Shown here in pieces: positions 9,676 to 17,091 of a DNA stretch of 33,032 nucleotides. Every line of letters begins with the position of its first letter. The first letter of the stretch is position 1. The translations under genes and the position numbers were made by a program. The stretch is taken from positions 1-33,032 of IMG/VR virus record IMGVR_UViG_3300032219_001774, one strand, 5' to 3'. This DNA comes from a virus. Taxonomy: Duplodnaviria; Caudoviricetes. Below the pieces are notes generated by a model that saw only the letters and a list, made by a program, of their open reading frames with translations, was not told where the DNA came from and searched no databases.

Positions 9676-10251
9676 ATGAACATCACGATTAAGATCACCT
9701 ATTGGGGCGGCACAGTCATGGACATCTCCATTCCCGTTGCCATCGAGAAGGAGGATATAACCGCCCAGAAACCTGCCTCTGTGGTCGTGGCACCAGACGA
9801 ACCACAAGCGGCATCAGAATTGGCCATTCCTGTCGCTGGCGGGCTGGTCGATGTGTTCTGTAATGAGGTCACCAAGGAAGATCTGCAACCAACTGGAAAA
9901 CAATATGCTTCAGTGCAAGACATGCTTGAAGGAACAGAGATTGTGCGTGAAGTGCCTGCTGAGGTTGCCGATACCAGCGAGCAGTTTAAATGCACCGACG
10001 GCTTCTACTCGCTCCCGCCGGCACTTTACTCCGACTTCTGTGCCGCCTTTGGTGCGCCCACAGTCGAGCGTGAGCTAACCAAGGCTCGGCTTTGGTGTGA
10101 GACCAACCAACAGAACCGCAAGACTCGCCGCGGCATGGGGCGCTTCCTCAACGCCTGGCTCTGCCGTGCTCAAGGCGAGAAGCGCACACCCGTGAAGGCA
10201 CGTTCCGGCTCGCTGCTTGATGGCTGCAACAACTCAGCACAGAGCTGGTAA
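9676..10251 (+). CDS. Putative replication initiator/replisome-organiser-like protein
   Basis: C-terminal ERELTKARLWCETN..RKT.RGM.RFLNAWL.RAQ resembles phage replication-protein C-termini. Directly upstream of and coupled (TAATG) to dnaB. Confidence 0.6.
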   Translation: MNITIKITYWGGTVMDISIPVAIEKEDITAQKPASVVVAPDEPQAASELAIPVAGGLVDVFCNEVTKEDLQPTGKQYASVQDMLEGTEIVREVPAEVADTSEQFKCTDGFYSLPPALYSDFCAAFGAPTVERELTKARLWCETNQQNRKTRRGMGRFLNAWLCRAQGEKRTPVKARSGSLLDGCNNSAQSW

Positions 10252-10901
10252 TGGAGCCACCCATCGAGAGCGAGCGAGGCATCGCAAGCATCACACTTAA
10301 CAACCCTGAACTTGTGCTCAACTCCGTCTCAGACGCCGGCTTCAACACAGCTTTTATGGCTGACCTTGTGAGCCGGTATGTGGTGGAGACTGTGCTCGAT
10401 CAGGTGTCTAGGCGGGCCGTGTGTGACGCGAGAATTGTCTTTGAATGTGTCCGGGCTAAGTTGCCTGACTTTCAGTTTCACCAACTGACTGACTTGTACA
10501 CGCTTATGCCGATTTCGTCAGCTCTGCGTGAGTTGATGGGCATCGTGAAGTCCGCTGCTAAACGCCGCGCTCTGGCAGCGATCCTGTCCGAGGGGCAGAA
10601 ACACTTGGAGTCGCCTGACATCAGTACTGCTGAGTTGGTCAACACGCTCCACCTTGGCATTGAAAAGGTCCGCGGTGAACTGCACCCACCGGCAGTGCTG
10701 GACACCAAGGCCCTCATCATGGATGCGATTACCCGCTACCAAGAGGGAGACGACCTCACGCAGCGCATTCGCACTGGCTACGACAAACTCGATAACCTAA
10801 CCCCAATCCGCTACGGTGACTTCTTGGTCATAGGTGGTCCAGAGAAATCAGGCAAGACCATGCTCGCCATCAACATAATCGCAAACATATTGAACCAATG
10901 A
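10251..10901 (+). CDS. dnaB: DnaB-like replicative helicase, N-terminal half (NTD, linker, Walker A)
   Basis: PP.IESER start, IRTGYDKLDNLT, GDFLVIGGPEKSGKT (Walker A/H1). Stops 13 residues after GKT. Confidence 0.85.
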   Translation: MEPPIESERGIASITLNNPELVLNSVSDAGFNTAFMADLVSRYVVETVLDQVSRRAVCDARIVFECVRAKLPDFQFHQLTDLYTLMPISSALRELMGIVKSAAKRRALAAILSEGQKHLESPDISTAELVNTLHLGIEKVRGELHPPAVLDTKALIMDAITRYQEGDDLTQRIRTGYDKLDNLTPIRYGDFLVIGGPEKSGKTMLAINIIANILNQ

Positions 10902-11209
10902 GACTGCTTAACTTAACGCCGCACGCCATCGTGATAACCGGCCACGAAACCATACTGCCCTCAGGCTCCATAGCCAGGGTGAACACTCAGCTATGCAACA
11001 CTGGTGATGTTAATGGCATTCCGCTGATGACCAGCAAAACTCTTGGCATTAGCAATGTGCCTCAGCCTGAGTCCGGCACCATGTACATCGTCGCCAGCAT
11101 GGTCAGAATGCACCTGCCTGACCGCAAAGATCTGTGCTCACCATCAAAGTTGATCCGCAACCAACACGGTGGCGTTGTAGCCTGTGGCGCACTGGAGGTG
11201 AACCCATGA
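10898..11209 (+). CDS. Conserved phage hypothetical protein (NLTPH family)
   Basis: LNLTPH..., PSG.IARV, YIVAS.V, R.DL..P pattern. ATGA overlap with dnaB-N. Confidence 0.7.
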   Translation: MRLLNLTPHAIVITGHETILPSGSIARVNTQLCNTGDVNGIPLMTSKTLGISNVPQPESGTMYIVASMVRMHLPDRKDLCSPSKLIRNQHGGVVACGALEVNP

Positions 11210-11673
11210 GACACATCGGACTCATCGGGCTGGCAGGCTCTGGCAAGGACACTGCGGCAGAGGCGCTGGAAAAAACGCACTGCCGCTATGCTTTTGCCGG
11301 AAGACTAAAAAGCATCGCAAGGCTGTTTGGCTGGGATGGTCAAAAGGACGAGCGAGGCAGGGCGCTGCTGCAAGACCTGGGCATGGCTGGAAGAAAGTAC
11401 GACCAAGACATTTGGGTAAATGGCATCAAAAGGCTGCTTGGCCCTGAAGTGCTCAAAAGCAAACTGGTCTTCACAGACGTGCGCTTTCAGAACGAGGCTG
11501 ACTACATTCGTAGCATTGGTGGCACAATCGTCCGCATCGTCCGCCCGGGGCAGGCCGCAGAAAATCATGAATCCGAGCTAAACCAGTCCGCTGTGGCTGC
11601 CGATATAGAGGTGGTTAACGATGGCACCATCGAAGACCTACACCAAAAAATAAGAGCAATACTAACAAAATGA
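11206..11673 (+). CDS. Deoxynucleoside monophosphate kinase
   Basis: IGLIGLAGSGKDT P-loop, R.LLQ.LG, TDVRFQNE, HESE, NDGTIEDL. Confidence 0.9.
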   Translation: MRHIGLIGLAGSGKDTAAEALEKTHCRYAFAGRLKSIARLFGWDGQKDERGRALLQDLGMAGRKYDQDIWVNGIKRLLGPEVLKSKLVFTDVRFQNEADYIRSIGGTIVRIVRPGQAAENHESELNQSAVAADIEVVNDGTIEDLHQKIRAILTK

Positions 11674-12029
11674 TAGACATACCAAGACACGAACTGCTGG
11701 ACAAGTTGGCTGATGGCTGGAGGGTGCGGATCAAAGGCGGCTATGTGAAAGGGAACATGAACAACTTAAAGACCCTGACTGAACTCAGGGGCATGGACTT
11801 TGGTTGCCTCATTGATCGCGAATGGGAAGGCGTGCCCCATCAGCCAGTGCTTCAATATGGGAACCTGAATATCCAAACAGCATTTAAGCAATTGAATAAT
11901 ACTGGGGCTGCGTTTATTTGCAGGGCTGACTGGAGAAATACTAAACTGACATTGAAAGATTGCCATGGAGCTATCTTGCATCTCCTTTTAGCCGACATCC
12001 TTGCAAGTGACTGGGAAGTCTGGGCTTAA
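11670..12029 (+). CDS. Hypothetical protein (DUF2829-like C-terminus)
   Basis: ATGA-coupled 119-aa ORF with R..W and DILASDWEV motifs. Confidence 0.55.
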   Translation: MIDIPRHELLDKLADGWRVRIKGGYVKGNMNNLKTLTELRGMDFGCLIDREWEGVPHQPVLQYGNLNIQTAFKQLNNTGAAFICRADWRNTKLTLKDCHGAILHLLLADILASDWEVWA

Positions 12030-12047
12030 CACTAAACAACTAACATT

Positions 12048-12812
12048 ATGATTCTACGAAACATACCTATGGCTGAGTACCGGCAGATGGAGGGCCTGTC
12101 GAAGCATGAGTTGGACAACTTCTCGGTTGCTCCATCATACTACCTGCACCGCAAGGGCCAGGAGTGGAAGCCATCCCGCAGCATGGAGCTTGGCACGCTG
12201 ATCCACTCGCTTGTGCTGGAAGGTCGCTGCGACTTTGCAGTGGGGCCTGAGGTGGACCGGCGCACTAAGGCTGGCAAGGAGGAGTGGCAGCTCTTCTGCG
12301 AGAACAACATTGGCAAGACCATCGTCACTCACGACGAAGCTGCTATTATTACAGGCTGCTTCAAGGCGTGTGAGCCCTTGATGGAGAACTGCGTCTACTA
12401 TGACGACGACATCGAGACATCGCTCTTCTGGGAGAGGGACGGCGTGAAGTGCAAGGGCCGTCCTGACATGATAGCAGAGATCAATGGTGAGGTGTGCTTG
12501 GTGGACTTAAAGACCACCAACGACATCCGCAACTTTGACTCCTCATTCAATAGGTTCAGGTACGATGTCCAAGCTGCTTGGTATCAGTACGGCTTCCAAC
12601 AAGCAGCCGGCCTGAGCGAGGCTCCAGGCTTCTGGTTCTTGGTTGTGGACACTGAGGCTCCGCACCTGTGTCAGTTCATGCGTGCCGGCAGCGAGATCCT
12701 GATTAACGCGAACGCTAAGATCGAAGAAGAGTTGGCTCACTTTGCGCGGTGTCAAACCGCCCAAGAGTGGCCTGGGTTGCCGGAGTTCAAACTCATCCTG
12801 CCTCGCTTCTAA
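12048..12812 (+). CDS. RecE/exonuclease VIII-like PD-(D/E)XK exonuclease
   Basis: LSKHEL, GTLIH.LVLE, RRTKAGKE, CKGRPD, VDLKTT, Y.VQAAWY motifs. Confidence 0.9.
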   Translation: MILRNIPMAEYRQMEGLSKHELDNFSVAPSYYLHRKGQEWKPSRSMELGTLIHSLVLEGRCDFAVGPEVDRRTKAGKEEWQLFCENNIGKTIVTHDEAAIITGCFKACEPLMENCVYYDDDIETSLFWERDGVKCKGRPDMIAEINGEVCLVDLKTTNDIRNFDSSFNRFRYDVQAAWYQYGFQQAAGLSEAPGFWFLVVDTEAPHLCQFMRAGSEILINANAKIEEELAHFARCQTAQEWPGLPEFKLILPRF

Positions 12813-12994
12813 TGGAAACTGCACTACTCAAGACGTTGGACTCACTGCTGGAGGCGTTTGCTCGCCACTACACAGCCGTGCAGGACCGTGACCCTGTGGC
12901 TCAGATGATCCAGCGAGATTGCTGGCGTCACTTCCAAGTCGAGGTGGCCAAGGCACGGCAGAAGATCAGGTGTGAACTGGAGGCGCTTGAATGA
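12812..12994 (+). CDS. Hypothetical protein
   Basis: 60 aa, coupled at both ends (TAATG, ATGA). Confidence 0.6.
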   Translation: METALLKTLDSLLEAFARHYTAVQDRDPVAQMIQRDCWRHFQVEVAKARQKIRCELEALE

Positions 12995-13251
12995 AAGAGT
13001 ACGTTGCACTCCGGCGCAGCATCACCAATGACGGCTACGAGCACCTGCCGCGGCCAAAGATTGTGCAGGAAGTCTTGTTGATCGGGAGCAGGGAAAACTG
13101 CCAGAGCCTGATTGATGAGTTGGCTACGCAGCCAATGCACATGTCTACAGAAGAGGTCTTCGTGGACTTCTTAGTGACAAAGTACAAGGGCCACAGGACA
13201 CACAACTCACAGGAAATCCGCAAGGACAACGGGAAGCGGTTACGCAAATGA
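12991..13251 (+). CDS. Hypothetical protein
   Basis: 86 aa, ATGA overlaps at both ends. Confidence 0.6.
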   Translation: MKEYVALRRSITNDGYEHLPRPKIVQEVLLIGSRENCQSLIDELATQPMHMSTEEVFVDFLVTKYKGHRTHNSQEIRKDNGKRLRK

Positions 13252-13829
13252 AAAAGGGTGTCTTGATCATCAGCCTCGAAATGCCAGCGAGCCAGATCAT
13301 TGACCGGCTTGTGGCTCGCCTTGGCAATGTCAGCCTCCGGGCTTTGGCAGAAGGTGTGAAATCTGAACATGAACTGATGGGAATGCAGCGTGCTCTTAAC
13401 GTGCTGCACAAGGCTCCGCTTATCATCCGTGACGACCTGTACGACATCGGGAGCATCTGCTCTGTGGCGAGGGCCATGAGCAAATCCACGATGGGCCTGG
13501 GTGTCATGTTCGTAGACTACATTCAGTTGGTGAGGTGTCAGCTTGGCAAGGATGCCAGTCGTGAGCGTGAGGTGGCAGAGGTGTCCAGGTCGTTGCGTCT
13601 GCTTGGGCTGGAGCTGGGCTGCTTGGTCATTGGGATCACGCAACTCAACGAGCAGGGGAAAGCGCGTGAGTCCCGGGCAATCCAGCAGGATGCCACCTGC
13701 ATCATGGCTATCGAAATAGATGGCGAAGAAAACCGAAAAGTGAATATACCTTTTCAGCGCAATGGTCCGTGTGGTGTGAGCACACACCTGCGGTTTAACG
13801 GCAGAACAGCATCATTCCTAAATAGTTAA
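13248..13829 (+). CDS. dnaB: DnaB-like replicative helicase, C-terminal half (H1a-H4, Arg finger)
   Basis: VLIISLEM (H1a), MFVDYIQL (Walker B/H2), REREVAEVSRSLR (H3), TQLN...RESRAIQQDA (H4), QRNGP. No Walker A in this ORF. Confidence 0.9.
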   Translation: MKKGVLIISLEMPASQIIDRLVARLGNVSLRALAEGVKSEHELMGMQRALNVLHKAPLIIRDDLYDIGSICSVARAMSKSTMGLGVMFVDYIQLVRCQLGKDASREREVAEVSRSLRLLGLELGCLVIGITQLNEQGKARESRAIQQDATCIMAIEIDGEENRKVNIPFQRNGPCGVSTHLRFNGRTASFLNS

Positions 13830-13833
13830 ACAT

Positions 13834-14343
13834 ATGAGATTTGCAGCACAACGAAACATAAGTATGCAGGACAACCTGCCGGCTGACGGTACGGTGTACA
13901 TGCCTAACCTGGACAACAAGCTGGGCAGCATGATGAAGGCGCTCCGTGACTGGGAGAAGCGCCGCGGGCTAGAGATGACGTACAAGGGCAAGTACATCGA
14001 GAACCGGCCAATGAAAGTTGAAGAAAAGCCTAAAACTGCGGCCCCGGCTGACCGATTGGCAAAGGACTCCAGTATGCCGGCAATCAAGGTGCCGCGGGAT
14101 TTGGAGAAAACGCCTCGGCAGGGCAATAAACCGGGCCCTAAACCAACACTAACTAAAGAAGAAAGAAGGCAACGCAAGAATGAAAACAACCGACTCTATC
14201 GGCTCAAGCACAACACAGAGGCACGGCAACGCAGCAAAAACTGGAGAGCAAACCAAACTCCAGAACAACGCGAACTTCAACTCCAGCGTGTCCGCGACTG
14301 GAAGGCTAAAAAGAAAGCTGAACGCGAATTGCGTAGTGTGTGA
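13834..14343 (+). CDS. Hypothetical protein with a very basic helical C-terminus
   Basis: 169 aa. R/K-rich tract (ERRQRKNENNRLYRLKH...WRAN) of the nucleic-acid-binding type. No HNH core. Confidence 0.6.
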   Translation: MRFAAQRNISMQDNLPADGTVYMPNLDNKLGSMMKALRDWEKRRGLEMTYKGKYIENRPMKVEEKPKTAAPADRLAKDSSMPAIKVPRDLEKTPRQGNKPGPKPTLTKEERRQRKNENNRLYRLKHNTEARQRSKNWRANQTPEQRELQLQRVRDWKAKKKAERELRSV

Positions 14344-14416
14344 GATAATTGTTCCTGAACTCCAAGAAGAAATTATTCGGCTGAAAAACAAAATCAAAAA
14401 ACTAGAAGCAAAATGA
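14336..14416 (+). CDS. Possible tiny coiled-coil peptide
   Basis: Fills the gap (ELQEEIIRLKNKIKKLEAK) and ends in an ATGA overlap with the next gene. Start uncertain. Confidence 0.3.
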   Translation: MCEIIVPELQEEIIRLKNKIKKLEAK

Positions 14417-14757
14417 TCATGCTTTCGATCGAAGCAGCACTGCTATTCGACAGCCAAAAAGAGACAGCCAGGCTAGTCAGTTTTGATGGCGAGCTAGACA
14501 CTATCTGTGAGCTGCTGCGTGCAAGCGCAGTGGACACGGTCCGTGTAGACAAGCAACACATCATCCTTGTAGACGATGAAGGCTTCATTAAGCAGCTCAA
14601 GACCGGCTTCCGCGTCAAGCTAGGCAAACGAGCGGTTGAGTTCGCCGGCAATGGGTTGCTTGTTGGCGATCTGTACGGAGGGAATGCTCCCATTACCCTG
14701 AACATTGCTGATCTAGATATTGAAGTTCTGAAATTTGAATATGAAAGAGAAATCTAA
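14413..14757 (+). CDS. DUF3846-like phage protein
   Basis: ILVDDEG.IK...F....FAGNGLLVG pattern. Confidence 0.65.
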   Translation: MIMLSIEAALLFDSQKETARLVSFDGELDTICELLRASAVDTVRVDKQHIILVDDEGFIKQLKTGFRVKLGKRAVEFAGNGLLVGDLYGGNAPITLNIADLDIEVLKFEYEREI

Positions 14758-15280
14758 GCCCAAAAAACGTGTCTACAAGTCACCCGAAACCCGGGCGCGT
14801 CAGCTTGCTGGGCTGGCCAACGTCCGCATCGAAGATTACGTCATGGGCGTGCAGATCGAGAAAGTGAACGGCCAGGGTTACCTTGCCAGCGTGACAGAAG
14901 ACCAGAAAAAACAGGTTATTGACCTGTATTGCCAAGGTTACTCTGTGCGTGGCATTGTGGAAAAGACTGGTGTCAGCCAGACAGTCGTCCAAGCCATCAA
15001 GACTTATGGCCTCGATCACGACTCCCAGTTCAGGGAGAAGATGTACGCCGCCGGCCTCAAAGAAAAGCTCCAGCAGGTGGCTGCTGGGGCCGCGGACAGG
15101 GTGATCGAGCTAATGCCTGAGATGTCAGCCAAGGACTCTGTGCTTGCCATGGGCATTGCCACAGACAAGTTGGCTGCCCTGGAGCGTAACCGCGGGCCTG
15201 AGAGCCTACACCAACATGTACACGTCCACACTACCGCGGAGGTGGGTGATGCGTTCATGGCAGCCATGAAGCCCAAGTAA
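14741..15280 (+). CDS. HTH protein, candidate terminase small subunit
   Basis: HTH (VIDLYCQGYSVRGIVEKTGVSQTVV), then a helical oligomerisation-like region (GIATDKLAAL) and a C-terminal beta strand (HQHVHV). Confidence 0.5.
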   Translation: MKEKSKPKKRVYKSPETRARQLAGLANVRIEDYVMGVQIEKVNGQGYLASVTEDQKKQVIDLYCQGYSVRGIVEKTGVSQTVVQAIKTYGLDHDSQFREKMYAAGLKEKLQQVAAGAADRVIELMPEMSAKDSVLAMGIATDKLAALERNRGPESLHQHVHVHTTAEVGDAFMAAMKPK

Positions 15281-16509
15281 TGTGGATACTACCGAAACAA
15301 CTCATATCAGCCTTTGTTCAGGGTACGGAGGCATTGACCTCGGACTCCGGCGAGTGCTCCCAAACCTGCGCACGGTCGCTTATGCGGAGATCGAAGCCTT
15401 CGCCTGCGAAAACTTACTTGCGCGAATGGAAGGCGGGCAACTTGATGCGGCTCCGATCTGGAGCGATCTCAAGTCCTTCCCTTGGGAAAGCTTTCGAGGT
15501 ATGGTGGACATCCTCACTGGAGGCTACCCCTGCCAGCCGTTTAGCGCAGCCGGCAAGCGAGCTGGAGCAGACGACCCAAGGCACCTCTGGCCATTTATCT
15601 CAGCCGGAATTGCTGCAATGCGACCAAGTCTCTGTTTCTTTGAAAACGTCGAGGGACATATCTCGCTGGGGTTGCCCGACGTCATCGAAGACTTGGCAGG
15701 AATGGGTTACAGAACAACGTGGGGCATATTCAGCGCGGCTGAAGTTGGCGCGCCTCACCAGCGCAAGCGAGTGTTTGTCATGGCCGTCGCCAGTGGCTTC
15801 GGAAGTGAGACAAGGTTTTCAGGACCGCTCACGAGGCATGAAGGGATCACAGGAATCACTGACGACTGTGGTGCTCAAAAATGGCCTAGCCGCCCCGGCC
15901 AACCACAGCACGCTTGGGAGCCGCCCAGAGTTGTTGTCGGACGCATGGCCCACTCCAACAGCCCTGAGCCGAGTCAGGAACGAGGAGACGATGGAGAAAT
16001 GTCTCAAGTTTCGCCAAAGCAACGGACAGACCACAGTGCCTCTGTATCTGGAGGAGAGAGTCAACATCGAGGAGAAGGGCCGCCAAGAGTGGTGGGGCAC
16101 TCCAGCGGCAAACGATGCGAACAAGACTCCACACTGCGAGATCAACAGCAAACAGGCGGGGCTAGTCAGGTCAGTCGGGAGGGAGGAGGCAAAGGCATGG
16201 GCAACACCCAGAGCAGAGATGGACAGCGGAGCGCACAGGGGGAAGCCGGACACGCTGCACAGCCAGATCAAGGCATGGGCGACCCCTCAGACACGGGACA
16301 ACCGCAGCGGGGGAGCGGAACGATGGGACAACCCAAACAAAAGCCGGAATTTGAACGATCAGATAGCAACAGAGACAATACAGAACGCGAAATTGAACCC
16401 GCGCTGGGTAGAAGCATTACAAGGACTTCCGATAGGCTGGACTATGCCAAACTGTGCATCACCTGTGACAATCGCACAGACGAGTTGCGCCTCCTCGGCA
16501 ACGGAGTAG
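15280..16509 (+). CDS. Overlapping alternate-frame methyltransferase partner chain (beta-type: TRD-like modules plus motif IX)
   Basis: 409 codons open over the MTase gene. Five W-x-[TS]-P modules and a motif IX-like LNPRWVEALQGLPIGWT. ATG coupled to the upstream stop. Confidence 0.75.
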   Translation: MWILPKQLISAFVQGTEALTSDSGECSQTCARSLMRRSKPSPAKTYLREWKAGNLMRLRSGAISSPSLGKAFEVWWTSSLEATPASRLAQPASELEQTTQGTSGHLSQPELLQCDQVSVSLKTSRDISRWGCPTSSKTWQEWVTEQRGAYSARLKLARLTSASECLSWPSPVASEVRQGFQDRSRGMKGSQESLTTVVLKNGLAAPANHSTLGSRPELLSDAWPTPTALSRVRNEETMEKCLKFRQSNGQTTVPLYLEERVNIEEKGRQEWWGTPAANDANKTPHCEINSKQAGLVRSVGREEAKAWATPRAEMDSGAHRGKPDTLHSQIKAWATPQTRDNRSGGAERWDNPNKSRNLNDQIATETIQNAKLNPRWVEALQGLPIGWTMPNCASPVTIAQTSCASSATE

Positions 16510-16607
16510 TGCCGGCAACGGCAGAGTTAGCATTCAAAACATTATTAAATGAACTACACAAAGATCGGCGCACTGCCAACGCACCGCTACATCTGGGTGG
16601 ACAGTGA
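15282..16607 (+). CDS. DNA (cytosine-5) methyltransferase, catalytic (alpha-type) chain
   Basis: Motif I SLCSGYGG, IV GGYPCQPFS.AG, VI FFENVEG, VIII HQRKRVF, X LLGNGVVP. GTG start. No recognisable motif IX in this frame. Confidence 0.9.
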   Translation: MDTTETTHISLCSGYGGIDLGLRRVLPNLRTVAYAEIEAFACENLLARMEGGQLDAAPIWSDLKSFPWESFRGMVDILTGGYPCQPFSAAGKRAGADDPRHLWPFISAGIAAMRPSLCFFENVEGHISLGLPDVIEDLAGMGYRTTWGIFSAAEVGAPHQRKRVFVMAVASGFGSETRFSGPLTRHEGITGITDDCGAQKWPSRPGQPQHAWEPPRVVVGRMAHSNSPEPSQERGDDGEMSQVSPKQRTDHSASVSGGESQHRGEGPPRVVGHSSGKRCEQDSTLRDQQQTGGASQVSREGGGKGMGNTQSRDGQRSAQGEAGHAAQPDQGMGDPSDTGQPQRGSGTMGQPKQKPEFERSDSNRDNTEREIEPALGRSITRTSDRLDYAKLCITCDNRTDELRLLGNGVVPATAELAFKTLLNELHKDRRTANAPLHLGGQ

Positions 16608-17091
16608 GTACACTCACGCTGAGCCGTGTGGCCTAGTGGAAGCCATGTGGGTTGGTCTGACGGCTATCCCGGGGCGAGCTTGGGGCATCAATGTGATCCT
16701 GCGAGACGGGGGCGCTCTGTACCGCAACATCCCGCCTCATGCGGTGGCGTTTAGTGAAGACGCTGAGCCTTGGTCCATCAAGGACGCTCAGTTGTGGGAC
16801 TGCTACAGCTACGGCTTCACCGTGCTGCAAAACCCTATCCTGCGCGGGCTGGAGGTCATTGTAGTGTGGAAGGATAATGTACAGTACGGGGAGTACATGT
16901 TCTCGGTGACCCACCTGCATGACGGCTGGTCTGACGCACCGGATCAGGACAAGGAGTTCATATTTGTGCAGCTCTACAATGGCCGGCTGACGATTCAGCC
17001 TACCAACAGGGTGAGGTTCATTGACCACAGCTTTACAAAAAATGAGTTGCCTAAACTTAAACTGCAAACGGCTATATATTCCTGCGAATGA
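16549..17091 (+). CDS. Hypothetical phage protein
   Basis: 180 aa with typical codon usage (GGALYRNIP.HA, QLWDC, QP.NR). ATGA-coupled to the next gene. Confidence 0.7.
   Translation: MNYTKIGALPTHRYIWVDSEYTHAEPCGLVEAMWVGLTAIPGRAWGINVILRDGGALYRNIPPHAVAFSEDAEPWSIKDAQLWDCYSYGFTVLQNPILRGLEVIVVWKDNVQYGEYMFSVTHLHDGWSDAPDQDKEFIFVQLYNGRLTIQPTNRVRFIDHSFTKNELPKLKLQTAIYSCE

Noticed and set aside
10902-13247. Intron, intein or mobile element interrupting dnaB
   Set aside because: The interval is filled by ordinary coupled phage genes. No transposase, integrase, homing endonuclease, reverse transcriptase, terminal repeats or intein motifs were seen.
13035-13787. 250-aa minus-strand ORF
   Set aside because: Antisense shadow of dnaB-C with no recognisable motifs.
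13834-14343. HNH homing endonuclease
   Set aside because: Has the basic helical tract often attached to HNH proteins but no CxxC or HNH catalytic residues.
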